64,000 nt of DNA, from assembly GCA_963809045.1 (NCBI GenBank), contig CAWEHW010000004.1, positions 2,007,594-2,071,593 of the forward strand. The letters run 5' to 3'. The translations under genes were made by a program, and so were the position numbers. Below are positions 18,306 through 28,352 of the stretch, in pieces. The notes beneath the pieces were generated by a model that was given only the letters and a program-made list of their open reading frames with translations, was not told the DNA's origin and ran no database searches. The stretch is from an uncultured Chloroflexia bacterium. GTDB taxonomy: Bacteria > Chloroflexota > Limnocylindria > Limnocylindrales > CSP1-4. Every line of letters begins with the position of its first letter. The first letter of the stretch is position 1.

Positions 18306-19583
18306 ATGCCCCGATCTTCCCGCCTCGCGATTCTCGCCGCGTTGCTCGTGATGACCGCCGCCTTGCCGGCCGCGGTCAGTGCCAGGCCGGAGGTCGTCCG
18401 GTTCGCCACGTTCAACGCGTCACTCAATCGAACCGCCGCGGGTCAGGCCCTGGCCGACATGTCCGTCCCGGGCAATCCGCAAGCCAACGCCGTGGCCGAG
18501 ATCATCCAGCGCATCCGCCCGGACGTCCTGCTCATCAACGAATTCGATTACTACGCGCCGACGGCGGACCATCCCGACGGGCCCCTCGTCGACGCGTTCC
18601 GTGACAACTACCTCGCCATCGCGCACAACGGCGCGGCGCCGATCGACTATCCGCACTCGTTCGTGGCCGAGTCCAACACCGGCATCTCGTCGGGGTTTGA
18701 CCTCAACAACAACGGGGTCACCGACACGACGCTTGGCGACGGCCCGTACGGCGACGACAGCTTCGGGTTCGGCATGTTCCCCGGCCAGTTCGGGCTTGTC
18801 GTGCTGTCCCGATACCCGATCGATGACGCCGCGATCCGGACGTTCCAGTACTTCCTCTGGAAGGACATGCCCGGCGCCCTGCTGCCGGACGATCCGGCCA
18901 CCCCGGCGCCCGCCGACTGGTACTCGCCGGCCGAGCTGGCGGTCTTCCGCCTCTCCTCCAAGAGTCATTGGGATGTCCCGGTCGACATCGACGGAACGAC
19001 GGTCCACTTCCTCGTCAGCCATCCGACCCCTCCCGTGTTCGACGGGCCGGAGGACCGCAACGGCACGCGGAACAACGACGAGATCCGGCTCTGGGCGGAC
19101 TACATCACGCCCGGACCGACGTCGGCCTACATCTATGACGACGATGGCGTCTTCGGCGGCCTCAAGCCCGGAGCGAGGTTCGTGATCGCGGGGGACCAGA
19201 ACAGCGACCCGCTCGACGGCGACAGCATCCCCGGGTCCATCCAGCAATTGCTCGACCATCCGCTGGTCAACACCAAGGACACGCCGACGAGCGCCGGCGG
19301 GCCTTACTGGGCCGACGTGCAGGGAGCCCTGAACGACGTCCACGAGAGTGATCCCGCGTTCGACACGGCGGACTTCTGTGACACGCCAGCCTTCCCGCCG
19401 TGCAGCGGACCGGGCAACCTTCGAGCGGACTACGTCCTGCCGCGCAAGAGTCTGCGGATCGTTGACGCGGGCGTTTTCTGGCCGACCGCGACGGACTCCC
19501 TCGTGTACCTGACCGGGACCGGCTTCCCGGTGCCGAGCTCGGACCACCGCGCCGTCTGGGTCGACGTGACCGTCCCCGGCTGA
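18306..19583 (+). CDS. secreted endonuclease/exonuclease/phosphatase (EEP) family protein
   Basis: A signal peptide (MPRSSRLAILAALLVMTAALPAAVSA), then FATFNASLNR...LLINEFDYY and a C-terminal SDHRAVWVDV, typical of the EEP (DNase I-like) fold. A strong AGGAGG RBS lies 9 nt upstream of the ATG. Confidence 0.8.
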   Translation: MPRSSRLAILAALLVMTAALPAAVSARPEVVRFATFNASLNRTAAGQALADMSVPGNPQANAVAEIIQRIRPDVLLINEFDYYAPTADHPDGPLVDAFRDNYLAIAHNGAAPIDYPHSFVAESNTGISSGFDLNNNGVTDTTLGDGPYGDDSFGFGMFPGQFGLVVLSRYPIDDAAIRTFQYFLWKDMPGALLPDDPATPAPADWYSPAELAVFRLSSKSHWDVPVDIDGTTVHFLVSHPTPPVFDGPEDRNGTRNNDEIRLWADYITPGPTSAYIYDDDGVFGGLKPGARFVIAGDQNSDPLDGDSIPGSIQQLLDHPLVNTKDTPTSAGGPYWADVQGALNDVHESDPAFDTADFCDTPAFPPCSGPGNLRADYVLPRKSLRIVDAGVFWPTATDSLVYLTGTGFPVPSSDHRAVWVDVTVPG

Positions 19584-19612
19584 ACGGCCCTCGGGCCTGG
19601 CGGACCTTCGGC

Positions 19613-22600
19613 CTAGCGGGCTTTCGCTGCGGCGACGGCTCGCTTCGTCGAGGGTTTGATCCGGACACCGGGTCGCTCGCCATGACCATTGGTCCGGCCC
19701 CGACCCGCTTCCTCCGCGAAGGTGATGTCGGACAACGGGACGAGAGGCTCCCCGCGCAGGACCCGGGCCAGGTACTCCCCGGTTGCCGATCCTTCCACCC
19801 GGGCCACCTGTTCCGGCGTTCCCTTCGCGATGATCCGACCGCCGCGATCGCCGCCTTCAGGACCGAGGTCCACGATCCAGTCCGCGGTCTTGATCACGTC
19901 CAGGTTGTGCTCGATGACGAGGACCGTGTTGCCGCCGTCGACCAGCCGATGCAGGACCTCGAGGAGCTTCTCCACGTCGGCGAAATGCAGCCCGGTCGTC
20001 GGTTCGTCGAGGACGTACAGGGTCCGCCCGGTCGCCCGCCGCGACAGCTCCGTCGAGAGCTTCACGCGCTGGGCTTCACCGCCGGACAGCGTCGTCGCGG
20101 GCTGCCCGAGGTGGACGTATCCCAGGCCCACGTCGTTCAGCGTCTGGAGTTTGGCCCGCACGTTCGGGACCGCACTGAAGAAGTCGAGCGCCTCTGCGAT
20201 CGTCATCTCGAGCACGTCGGCGATCGACTTGCCCTTGAAGTGGATCTCGAGCGCTTCCCGGTTGTACCGCTTGCCGTGGCAGACCTCGCACGAGACGTAG
20301 ACGTCGGGCAGGAACTGCATCTCGATCTTGAGGATCCCGTCGCCCTTGCAGTTCTCGCAGCGGCCGCCCTTGACGTTGAAGCTGAACCGGCCGGGCGTGT
20401 ACCCACGGACTCGCGCCTCCGGAACGCCCGCGAACAACTCCCGGATTGGCGTGAACAGGCCGACGTAGGTCGCCGGGTTGGATCTCGGCGTCCGCCCGAT
20501 CGGGCTCTGGTCGATCTCGATGATCTTGTCGACGTGTTCGGCGCCCTTGAGCGAGTCGTGGGCGCCGACCGGCTCGCGTGATCCGTTCAACTCGCGGGCG
20601 AGCCCCCGGTACAGGACATCCGTGACGAGCGTGCTCTTGCCGCTCCCCGAAACGCCGGTGACGGCCACGAACGTGCCGAGTGGCACCGTGAAGTCGACGC
20701 TTCGGAGGTTGTGCTCGCGAGCCCCGCGAACCGCCAGGGTCTTGGCATTGCCTTTTCGGCGTGCCTTGGGGATCGGGACGGACCGGTCGCCGCGCAGGAA
20801 CGCCCCCGTGATGGAGCGCGGTTCGGTTAGAACCGCTTCGAGCGGGCCGTTCGCGATGATCTCGCCGCCGTGCTCCCCGGCTCCGGGACCGATGTCGACC
20901 ACCCAGTCCGCCGTCCTGATCGTTTCCTCGTCGTGCTCCACGACCAGGACCGTGTTCCCGAGGTCTCGCAATCGGGTGAGGGTCGCGATCAGCTTGGCGT
21001 TGTCGCGCTGGTGGAGCCCGATCGACGGCTCGTCAAGGATGTACAGGACGCCCATGAGCGTGGTGCCGATCTGGGTTGCCAGCCGGATCCGCTGGGCTTC
21101 GCCACCCGACAGCGTTACGCTCGTCCGGTCGAGGGTGAGGTAGTCGAGCCCGACGTCGACCAGGAAGCCGAGCCGGGCCACGATCTCCTTGAGGAGCTGC
21201 TGGGCGATCGTGCGCTCGCGTTCGGTCAGCGTCCTGGTCAGGTTCGTCGCCCAGTCCAGCGCGTCCGTGATCGACAGCGTCGAGATGTCCCAGACGTTCT
21301 GGTCGCCGATGGTCACTCCCAGGATCTCGGGCCTGAGTCGCTTGCCGCCGCAGGTGGGACACGGCCGCGTGACCATGTACTTCTCGAGCTCGGTCTTGAC
21401 GTAGTCCGAGTCGGTTTCGCGATAGCGCCGTTCGAGGTTGGTCACGGCACCTTCGAACGTTGCCGTGTAGGTGTTCTCGCCACGCTCGTGGCGGTAGCGA
21501 ACGACGACCTTCTCGTCCTTCTTGGCGTACAGGACGTAGTCGACCGCTTCGGCGGGCAGACTCCGGACGGGCGCCTTGACGTCCCACCCATGGGCCGAGC
21601 AGATCGCCTCGAGGATCTTCAGCCGCCACGAGGCATCCGTCGGCATCTTGGCCCACGGCACCAGGGCGCCGTTGAGCAGGCTCTTCGATCGGTCCGGGAT
21701 GACAAGCCCCGGATCGATTTCCAGCCTGGTGCCGAGCCCCGTGCACGAGGGGCATGCGCCGTGGGGTGAGTTGAAGGAGAAGCTGCGCGGCTCGAGCTCG
21801 TCGACGGTGAAGTCGTCGTATGGGCAGCTGTACTTCTCGCTGTAGCGCCGCTCCTCGAAGGCCGGCGGCTCGTCGTCGCGCGGCGCCGGAGCAATCTGGA
21901 CAACGCCCTCACCGAGGCGGAGCGCCGTCTCGATCGAGTCGGCCAATCGGCCGGCGTCCGGGTCCGGAATGACCACACCGGTCGCCGGGTCGATCGGCCG
22001 GCCGTCCTGTGCGTGCTGCGCGCCGTCGGGCGCCTCGGCGTGACGCACGATGTAGCGATCCACCACGACTTCGATCGTGTGGCGCTTGTACTTGTCGAGC
22101 GTTGGTGCCTCGGCGATGTCGTAGAGCTCGCCATCGACGCGGAGCCGGACGTATCCCTGACGCCGCGCGGCGTCGAACACCCGGTCACCTTCGGTCTTGC
22201 GGTCCTTGATCAGTGGGCCAAGGACCAGCAGCCGGGTGCCTTCGGGCAGTTCCAGGACCTGGTCGACGATCTGCTGGACCGACTGGCGCTCGATCGCATG
22301 GCCATTTGGACAGTGCGGGATGCCGATCCGGGCAAACAGCAGCCGGAGATGATCGTAGATCTCGGTGACCGTCCCGACCGTCGAACGGGGGTTGCGCGAC
22401 GCGCCCTTCTGGTCGATCGAGATGGCCGGTGACAGGCCGTCGATCTGGTCGACGTCCGGCTTCTCCATCTGCCCGAGGAACTGCCGGGCGTAGGCGCTCA
22501 GGCTCTCGACATATCGACGCTGGCCCTCCGCGTAGATGGTGTCGAAGGCCAGGCTGCTCTTGCCCGAGCCGGACAGCCCGGTGATGACGACCAACCGGTC

Positions 22601-22675
22601 CCGCGGGAATGCGACGTCGACATTCTTGAGGTTGTGTTCGCGCGCTCCACGCACGACGAGCTGATCCTGGGGCAC
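19613..22675 (-). CDS. uvrA: excinuclease ABC subunit A
   Basis: GAREHNLKN, duplicated ABC ATPase modules ([25 protein letters not shown]), a zinc-finger CxxC pair and LSGGEAQR signature motifs. It is 1020 aa with a roughly 50-60 aa C-terminal tail, and has a GTG start. Confidence 0.95.
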   Translation of the reverse strand: MPQDQLVVRGAREHNLKNVDVAFPRDRLVVITGLSGSGKSSLAFDTIYAEGQRRYVESLSAYARQFLGQMEKPDVDQIDGLSPAISIDQKGASRNPRSTVGTVTEIYDHLRLLFARIGIPHCPNGHAIERQSVQQIVDQVLELPEGTRLLVLGPLIKDRKTEGDRVFDAARRQGYVRLRVDGELYDIAEAPTLDKYKRHTIEVVVDRYIVRHAEAPDGAQHAQDGRPIDPATGVVIPDPDAGRLADSIETALRLGEGVVQIAPAPRDDEPPAFEERRYSEKYSCPYDDFTVDELEPRSFSFNSPHGACPSCTGLGTRLEIDPGLVIPDRSKSLLNGALVPWAKMPTDASWRLKILEAICSAHGWDVKAPVRSLPAEAVDYVLYAKKDEKVVVRYRHERGENTYTATFEGAVTNLERRYRETDSDYVKTELEKYMVTRPCPTCGGKRLRPEILGVTIGDQNVWDISTLSITDALDWATNLTRTLTERERTIAQQLLKEIVARLGFLVDVGLDYLTLDRTSVTLSGGEAQRIRLATQIGTTLMGVLYILDEPSIGLHQRDNAKLIATLTRLRDLGNTVLVVEHDEETIRTADWVVDIGPGAGEHGGEIIANGPLEAVLTEPRSITGAFLRGDRSVPIPKARRKGNAKTLAVRGAREHNLRSVDFTVPLGTFVAVTGVSGSGKSTLVTDVLYRGLARELNGSREPVGAHDSLKGAEHVDKIIEIDQSPIGRTPRSNPATYVGLFTPIRELFAGVPEARVRGYTPGRFSFNVKGGRCENCKGDGILKIEMQFLPDVYVSCEVCHGKRYNREALEIHFKGKSIADVLEMTIAEALDFFSAVPNVRAKLQTLNDVGLGYVHLGQPATTLSGGEAQRVKLSTELSRRATGRTLYVLDEPTTGLHFADVEKLLEVLHRLVDGGNTVLVIEHNLDVIKTADWIVDLGPEGGDRGGRIIAKGTPEQVARVEGSATGEYLARVLRGEPLVPLSDITFAEEAGRGRTNGHGERPGVRIKPSTKRAVAAAKAR

Positions 22676-22704
22676 ACCTCAAGTCTAGCGGATCACGAGC
22701 CTTT

Positions 22705-22717
22705 CGAACAAGTGTTC
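22705..22717. promoter_or_regulatory. candidate LexA/SOS box (Cheo-box type CGAACAAGTGTTC) upstream of uvrA
   Basis: GAAC-N4-GTTC with RNRY spacer, 30 nt upstream of the uvrA GTG. It is followed 18 nt later (gene strand) by a TAGACT -10-like hexamer. Confidence 0.6.
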
Positions 22718-22765
22718 CGTTACGCACCGTCCTCCGCCGCGCAGGTAGTAGCGGATGCGAAGGAA

Positions 22766-22793
22766 GGCCCGCCGGTCTTGCGGCCGGCGGGCC
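22766..22793 (-). terminator. GC-rich hairpin (10-bp stem GGCCCGCCGG/CCGGCGGGCC) downstream of the VWA surface-protein gene
   Basis: A perfect 10-bp stem about 40 nt after the stop at 22832 and upstream of the uvrA SOS box. It is likely to insulate uvrA from read-through. Confidence 0.45.
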
Positions 22794-22831
22794 ATCTGCG
22801 TGTTGGCAGGAGGGCGTGAGCCGCCCCTGGG

Positions 22832-24748
22832 TTAGCGGCGCCGGGTCGGCGTTGCGAGCCGCATCCTGCGCGGGGTCACGAACGCGACGATCAGCGCGGT
22901 CGCGGCCAATGCGAGGATTGGAAGGAGGAGCGAAGGCTCGTCGCCAACGGCTCCGTTCATGACCGAGTCGGTCGGTGGGAGCGTGAGCGCCGGTGTGGCG
23001 ACCTCGGAGAGGACTTCGCCCGTTGGCGTGGGCTCAGGCGTCGGCTCCGGGGTCGGAGACGGCGTTGGCTGAGGCGTAGGAGTTGGCGTCGGCTGCGGCG
23101 TCGGCTCAGGCGTGGGCGTCGGCTCAGGCGTTGGCGTCGGGGTCGGCTCCGGGGTCGGAGTCGGCGTAGGCTCCGGCGTTGGCGTCGGGGTCGGCTCCGG
23201 GGTCGGCGTTGGCGTCGGCTCCGGTGTCGGCGTGGGTTCAGGCGTGGGGGTTGGTGTCTGCTCCGGGGTCGGAGTTGGCGTGGGCTCAGGCGTCGGCGTT
23301 GGTGTCGGCTCGGGTGTCGGGGTTGGCGTCGGTTCAGGCGTGGGCGTTGGTGTCGGCTCCGGGGTCGGAGTCGGCGTCGGCTCAGGCGTGGGCGTGGGCG
23401 TCGGCTCAGGCGTGGGCGTTGGTGTCGGCTCCGGGGTCGGAGTCGGCGTGGGTGTCGGGGTCGGCTCCGGGCAACCAATCGCCCGGAACAGGTCGCTGGT
23501 GAAGCCCGTGAAGTCTGCCGGCAGGAAGGCGTCGCCTCCGCCGATCTGGGTCATGACGGCCTGCGCCCAGGCGGCATCGCCCGCGGCCGAGAACGGCAGG
23601 TTCGTGTCGCCGGGATCGCCGGCGGTGCTGAGGTAGACGGCCTTGACGATGTACTGGCTGGCCCCCGTGCGCGCGTCGTCGGCGGCGCCGATCGCGGCGT
23701 TGGCAGCCTGAAGCCACGTGTTCGGATTGCCCTGGTCGTCGCTGTGGGAATTCGGCTTGTTGGGTGACCCGTCGGTGACGACGAACATGACGTTCGGGGC
23801 ACCGGCGCGGTCGTTGCCGGCGTTGCCGGCGCCGGTCGTGATGCCGGCAGACGTTGGCGTCAGGCCGGTTGGGCCGGACAGCGCCGTTACTTGTGCATTG
23901 AAAGCGGCGGCATCGACGTAACCGGCGGTCAGCGTGGAGGCAGAGCTCCCGTTGAACCGCGTCCCCGAGTAGAGGCCCGAGCCGCCACCCGCCTCGAACG
24001 CGGTCACGAAGCCGTTGATGCCGTTCTTGAGCTGCGCCAGGTTCGACGGGACTGAGCCCTGGGCACCGATCGAGCCCGACATGTCGATCACGAAGTTGAA
24101 GTCGGCCGTGTTGCAGACGTCTGCGGTGATCGCCGGGTTGGAGGCTGAGCTCTGGTTGATCGACTGGTATGAAACGGTTACCTCGAGACGGTCGACCTTT
24201 CCGATCGCCGAGTCGGTGCAGTTGCTGCCATCCTGGAACTGGAGCTTGACCCGGAAGGTGCCGTTCGATAGGTCGTTCGCGTCCCAGACCCTCGACCACG
24301 TGTCGGATGCTCCGCCGGCCGTGAGCCAGCTCTGGCTGTTCGTCAGGTTGACCGTTTTCGCGGACGTATAGCTGCTGCCGCCATTGGCGGAGAGGCGAAC
24401 GTCGATCTGGCATCCGGACGTGTCGCCATCCGAAAAGGCCTCGAGACGGACGGTGATGCCATCCACGATCGAACCTGCCGGAACGACCAGGCTGAAGTCG
24501 CGATACGCCTGCTCTTCGTTGTCCGTCGGCGTGGACGCGTACGCGTTGTCATCGGCGGCCCCGACCGCGTTGGCGGGGTTGTCCCACTGGTTGGGTGCGG
24601 TCGCGGCGCCGGCCGGCTGGGCACTGGTGTTGGCGGCCAGCGCGGTCGCCGTGAAGGCCATGGCCATCGCCATGGTGAGGATGAGTGTCGAGCCGCCAAG
24701 AGCAGCCATACGGCCGCGCAGGCGATGCGTGCGAAGTCCCCCGAACAT
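22832..24748 (-). CDS. secreted cell-surface protein: N-terminal beta-rich domain, von Willebrand factor A domain, (EPTPTPTP)n linker, C-terminal TM anchor with basic tail
   Basis: A signal peptide ([38 protein letters not shown]). A VWA region ([12 protein letters not shown]...[10 protein letters not shown]). About 150 aa of EPTPTPTP repeats. A C-terminus [32 protein letters not shown]. The ORF track starts at 24877, and I chose the ATG at 24748 preceding the signal peptide. Confidence 0.8.
   Translation of the reverse strand: MFGGLRTHRLRGRMAALGGSTLILTMAMAMAFTATALAANTSAQPAGAATAPNQWDNPANAVGAADDNAYASTPTDNEEQAYRDFSLVVPAGSIVDGITVRLEAFSDGDTSGCQIDVRLSANGGSSYTSAKTVNLTNSQSWLTAGGASDTWSRVWDANDLSNGTFRVKLQFQDGSNCTDSAIGKVDRLEVTVSYQSINQSSASNPAITADVCNTADFNFVIDMSGSIGAQGSVPSNLAQLKNGINGFVTAFEAGGGSGLYSGTRFNGSSASTLTAGYVDAAAFNAQVTALSGPTGLTPTSAGITTGAGNAGNDRAGAPNVMFVVTDGSPNKPNSHSDDQGNPNTWLQAANAAIGAADDARTGASQYIVKAVYLSTAGDPGDTNLPFSAAGDAAWAQAVMTQIGGGDAFLPADFTGFTSDLFRAIGCPEPTPTPTPTPTPEPTPTPTPEPTPTPTPEPTPTPTPEPTPTPTPEPTPTPTPEPTPTPTPEPTPTPTPEQTPTPTPEPTPTPEPTPTPTPEPTPTPTPEPTPTPTPEPTPTPTPEPTPTPEPTPQPTPTPTPQPTPSPTPEPTPEPTPTGEVLSEVATPALTLPPTDSVMNGAVGDEPSLLLPILALAATALIVAFVTPRRMRLATPTRRR
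23019..23474 (-). repeat. in-frame tandem repeat of about 24 nt encoding roughly 19 copies of (EPTPTPTP) within the VWA surface-protein gene
   Basis: The protein shows [10 protein letters not shown]...(EPTPTPTP)n...PTG. The same DNA read on the plus strand gives the spurious (GVGSGVGV)n ORF 23112..23636. Confidence 0.9.
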
Positions 24749-24920
24749 GAAACACCTCGATGGATGAGTGCTGGCCGGTAGTACGTACCGACACTCGTCC
24801 CCGAGACGAGCAAGGCGACTATCTGGAGCGGTCCTGGTGCTGTCCAGTACCTTCGGCTGAGCGCGAGTCCACCGCACTGCTACCCAGGGCTCCGGTCCGT
24901 TCGGATCGGCCCTCCGATTG

Positions 24921-24938
24921 CGTTGCCATAGGGCAACG
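24921..24938 (-). terminator. hairpin CGTTGCC-ATAG-GGCAACG downstream of uvrB
   Basis: A 7-bp perfect stem about 80 nt after the uvrB stop and upstream of the VWA gene start. Confidence 0.35.
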
Positions 24939-25015
24939 AACGGCCTAACGGCGCGACACGAAAGTCCTGCCCTGGTCCTCCCCCGAGCCGGGCGGTCTGG
25001 CTCGACGGGCCCCGG

Positions 25016-27379
25016 TCACCGCCGTCGGCGTCCCGAACGGGCGGGCCGGGAGCCGGTCCGCTTGATGACATTCGGCGTGACCGTGCGGTCCCACGTCGGG
25101 CGGTCGAGCCAGCGCGCTTGCCAGCCGCCGTCGTCGTCATGCTCGTCCCGGATCCCTGGCAGCCAGTCGGCGACCGTGCCTTCGTCGATCCCGGGCACCC
25201 CATCGGCGTTGTCCGCGGGTTCCTCGTCCGCAGGGAGGACGGTCACGCTGGTGACTTCGAACGCGGGCCCCGCAGCGGCCCGTTCAGCGGTGCGCCGGCT
25301 GCGGTTGCGATCGGCGGCCCCCGTCAATCCCCGGCCGGCCGCTTCCCGGGCGGCCCGTTCCGCGGCCCGGCCCACGGTGATCGAGGCATCCTGCTCGAGG
25401 ACGCGCATCCGGATCTGCTGGATCTCATCACGGAGCGCCGCGGCCCGCTCGAACTCCAGCTGCTTGGCCGCGTTCTTCATCTCGGCTTCCATCCGCGAGA
25501 CCAACGCCTCGATCTTGCCCCGGTCCGCCTCGCTGAATTCGCCGCCCCGCTCGGAGCTGTACATCGTGGTCGACTCGGCGACGGCTCGGAGACGCTCGTT
25601 GAGGTCACGGATGCCCTTGATGATCGTCGTGGGCTCGATGCCCCGTTCGAGGTTGTACTTCGTCTGGTAGATCCGCCGGCGCTCCGTCTCGTCCATGGCG
25701 ACCCGCATCGATTCGGTGACCGTGTCCGCGTACATGATCACCTCGCCCCCGATGTTCCTGGCCGCCCGGCCGATCATCTGGATCAGCGACCAGGCGGACC
25801 GCAGGAAGCCCTCCTTGTCGGCATCGAGGATCGCGACGAGCGTCACCTCCGGCAGGTCGATGCCTTCCCGGAGCAGGTTGATCCCGACCAGGACGTCGAA
25901 CACGCCCAGGCGGAGGTCGCGCAGGATCGCCACGCGCTCGAGGGTGTCGACCTCGCTGTGGAGGTACTGGACCTTGACGCCGAGCTCCTTGAGGTAGTCG
26001 GTGAGGTCCTCGGACATCTTCTTGGTCAGCGTGGTGACCAGGGCGCGCTCGCCTCGTTCCACGCGCGTCCGGATCTCCTCGAGGAGGTCGTCGATCTGGC
26101 CCTCGGTCGGGCGGACGGTGATCGGCGGATCGACGATCCCGGTTGGCCGGATCAGCTGCTGGACGTTGCGCTGGCTGCGTTCCAGCTCGTACGGCCCGGG
26201 CGTCGCGCTCATGTAGATCGCCTGGTGGACGGTCGCCTCGAACTCCTCGAACGTCAGTGGCCGGTTGTCGAGCGCGGACGGCAGGCGGAAACCGAAGTCG
26301 ACCAGGATCTCCTTGCGGGTTCGGTCGTTCTTGTACATGCCCACGACCTGCGGGATCGTCATGTGCGACTCGTCGACGACGAGCAACCAGTCCGGCGGGA
26401 AGTAGTCGAGCAGGGTCCACGGCCGCGAGCCCGCCTCGCGTCGCGCGAGATGGCGCGAGTAGTTCTCGATCCCGGTGCAGTAGCCGAGCTCACGCATCAT
26501 TTCGAGGTCGAACGTCGTCCGCTGGCGCAGCCTCGCGCCCTCGAGGGCCCGGCCCTCGGCTTCAAGCTCGCCGACGCGGACCTCCATCTCGGCGTCGATG
26601 TCGACGATGGCTTCCTTGAGCTTGTCCGCCGGCGTGACGTAGTGGGTCGCCGGGTAGACGTTGGTTTCCTTGCGCTCCGCCAGGAGCTCGCCGGTCAGCG
26701 GGTCAAGCTCGGTGATCCGCTCGACGCTGTCGCCGAAGAACTCGATCCGGACGATGTGCTCCTCCGATGCCGGTTGGAGCTCGAGCGTGTCGCCCCGAAC
26801 ACGGAAGCGCGCGCGGCTGAGGGCCTGGTCGTTGCGCTGGTACTGGAGGTCGACCAGGTGTCGGAGCACGGCGTCGCGGCGGTACTGCCCGCCGACCCGG
26901 AGCTTGAGCACCGTTGCGCCGTAGTCGACCGGGGCGCCCAGGCCGTAGATGCACGACACCGATGCGACGATGATCACGTCGCGACGCTCGAACAGGGCGT
27001 GCGTCGCCGCATGCCTGAGCCGGTCGATCTCGTCGTTCCGGCTCGAGTCCTTCTCGATGTAGGTGTCGCTGCGAGGCAGGTAGGCCTCGGGCTGGTAGTA
27101 GTCGAAGTAGCTGACGAAGTACTCGACCGCGTTCTCGGGGAAGAACTCGCGGAACTCGGCATACAGCTGCGCGGCAAGCGTCTTGTTGTGGGCGAGGACG
27201 AGCGTCGGGCGGTTTGCCCGAGCGATCAAATGACTCATCGAGAACGTCTTGCCCGAGCCTGTGACTCCGAGGAGGACCTGGTGGTTGAAGCCCTTCTCGA
27301 CGCCATCGACCAGCGCCTCGATTGCCGCCGGCTGGTCGCCGGTCGGCTCAAATGGGGCGACGAGCTTGAAGTCGGGCAT
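25016..27379 (-). CDS. uvrB: excinuclease ABC subunit B (with about 120-aa C-terminal extension)
   Basis: A helicase core ([12 protein letters not shown]), a beta-hairpin region and a UVR domain ([21 protein letters not shown]). It is 787 aa versus about 670-700 typical. Confidence 0.95.
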   Translation of the reverse strand: MPDFKLVAPFEPTGDQPAAIEALVDGVEKGFNHQVLLGVTGSGKTFSMSHLIARANRPTLVLAHNKTLAAQLYAEFREFFPENAVEYFVSYFDYYQPEAYLPRSDTYIEKDSSRNDEIDRLRHAATHALFERRDVIIVASVSCIYGLGAPVDYGATVLKLRVGGQYRRDAVLRHLVDLQYQRNDQALSRARFRVRGDTLELQPASEEHIVRIEFFGDSVERITELDPLTGELLAERKETNVYPATHYVTPADKLKEAIVDIDAEMEVRVGELEAEGRALEGARLRQRTTFDLEMMRELGYCTGIENYSRHLARREAGSRPWTLLDYFPPDWLLVVDESHMTIPQVVGMYKNDRTRKEILVDFGFRLPSALDNRPLTFEEFEATVHQAIYMSATPGPYELERSQRNVQQLIRPTGIVDPPITVRPTEGQIDDLLEEIRTRVERGERALVTTLTKKMSEDLTDYLKELGVKVQYLHSEVDTLERVAILRDLRLGVFDVLVGINLLREGIDLPEVTLVAILDADKEGFLRSAWSLIQMIGRAARNIGGEVIMYADTVTESMRVAMDETERRRIYQTKYNLERGIEPTTIIKGIRDLNERLRAVAESTTMYSSERGGEFSEADRGKIEALVSRMEAEMKNAAKQLEFERAAALRDEIQQIRMRVLEQDASITVGRAAERAAREAAGRGLTGAADRNRSRRTAERAAAGPAFEVTSVTVLPADEEPADNADGVPGIDEGTVADWLPGIRDEHDDDGGWQARWLDRPTWDRTVTPNVIKRTGSRPARSGRRRR

Positions 27380-27409
27380 CAGGTCCAGTTTACCCTGTCG
27401 GGCACAAAC

Positions 27410-27422
27410 CGAACAGGTGTTC
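27410..27422. promoter_or_regulatory. candidate LexA/SOS box (CGAACAGGTGTTC) upstream of uvrB
   Basis: The same motif at the same relative position (about 31 nt upstream of the uvrB ATG), followed after 18 nt by a TAAACT -10-like hexamer. Confidence 0.6.
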
Positions 27423-27710
27423 TGTCGCTGCCCGGCTGGCTCACGCGGGCCTCAAGGCTCCAGGCGCTGGTGGCTCGAGCGTTTCTTGCGTCCCACGCAA
27501 GAACCTTGCTCCGGCGTGCGTGGCATGCGCGAATGAGCCGCCGAGGGTGCGGAGGCGACCGGTGCGGGTGCTTCCGCGGCAAGAAACCCGCCTTCATGGG
27601 CGAAATCGATCCAGATCGTGCATGGGATGCAGTTCCGCAACAGATTTGAGGACCTGGTCGGCTGCCGACTGACTACTCGTGCATCTGGTGCAAGCCAGCG
27701 GGTCGGGGGC

Positions 27711-28352
27711 TCACGGGGCGCGGTTCAGCGCGGCGTCCAGCGCAGCCTCGACGTCGCGCCGCGTCCTCTCGACGGGACCGGACGTGTCGATCGATCGGGT
27801 CGCAATCGGTGCGAGGTTCCTGGCTACGTCGCCCTGGGCCGCGACCCGCTGTGTCGCGTCTCCGGATGACGTGCCGCGACCGACCAGGCGCGTCAGCTGG
27901 ACATCCGGATCGCAGGTGACCAGCCAGACCTCGTCGCACGCATCGGCCAGCCCGCCTTCAACAAGCTTGATCGCCTCGATGACGACCGCCAAAGCGCCCG
28001 CGTCGTCCGCCGCGGCCGCCGCAGCCAGGATCCTCGGCCTGACGGCCGGGTGCACGATCGACTCCAGGTCGCGCAATGCCGCCGGATCACCGAAGACGAG
28101 TCGGCCGAGCGCCGCGCGGTCGAGCTCACCGTTCGCCTGCAGGAAACGTTCCCCGAATCGGGCGATCACGGCGTCGAGGGCCGGCTCGCCTGCGTCGAGG
28201 ACTTCGCGAGCAACCCGATCCGCGTCGACGACCGACACGCCGGAGCGTTCGCCAACCCAGCGCGCAACGGTCGACTTGCCGCAACCGATGGGACCGGTGA
28301 GCCCGATCCTGACCGCCCTGGTGCCCGCGGGCCCCGAGTCCTCGGGACTCAC
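27711..28352 (-). CDS. coaE: dephospho-CoA kinase
   Basis: A P-loop (IGLTGPIGCGKST) and the conserved position upstream of uvrB seen in Actinobacteria. The GTG start overlaps the abcF stop (GTGA). Confidence 0.9.
   Translation of the reverse strand: MSPEDSGPAGTRAVRIGLTGPIGCGKSTVARWVGERSGVSVVDADRVAREVLDAGEPALDAVIARFGERFLQANGELDRAALGRLVFGDPAALRDLESIVHPAVRPRILAAAAAADDAGALAVVIEAIKLVEGGLADACDEVWLVTCDPDVQLTRLVGRGTSSGDATQRVAAQGDVARNLAPIATRSIDTSGPVERTRRDVEAALDAALNRAP

Noticed and set aside
19584-19612. Short GGCCC-tc-GGGCC element between the convergent EEP and uvrA genes as a bidirectional terminator
   Set aside because: The loop is too small (2 nt) for a stable hairpin, and the intergenic region is only 29 nt.
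23112-23636. Plus-strand ORF encoding (GVGSGVGV)n, resembling a Gly-rich repeat protein
   Set aside because: It is the antisense reading of the (EPTPTPTP)n repeat of the minus-strand VWA gene. It has no start context and is purely a frame artefact of the repeat.
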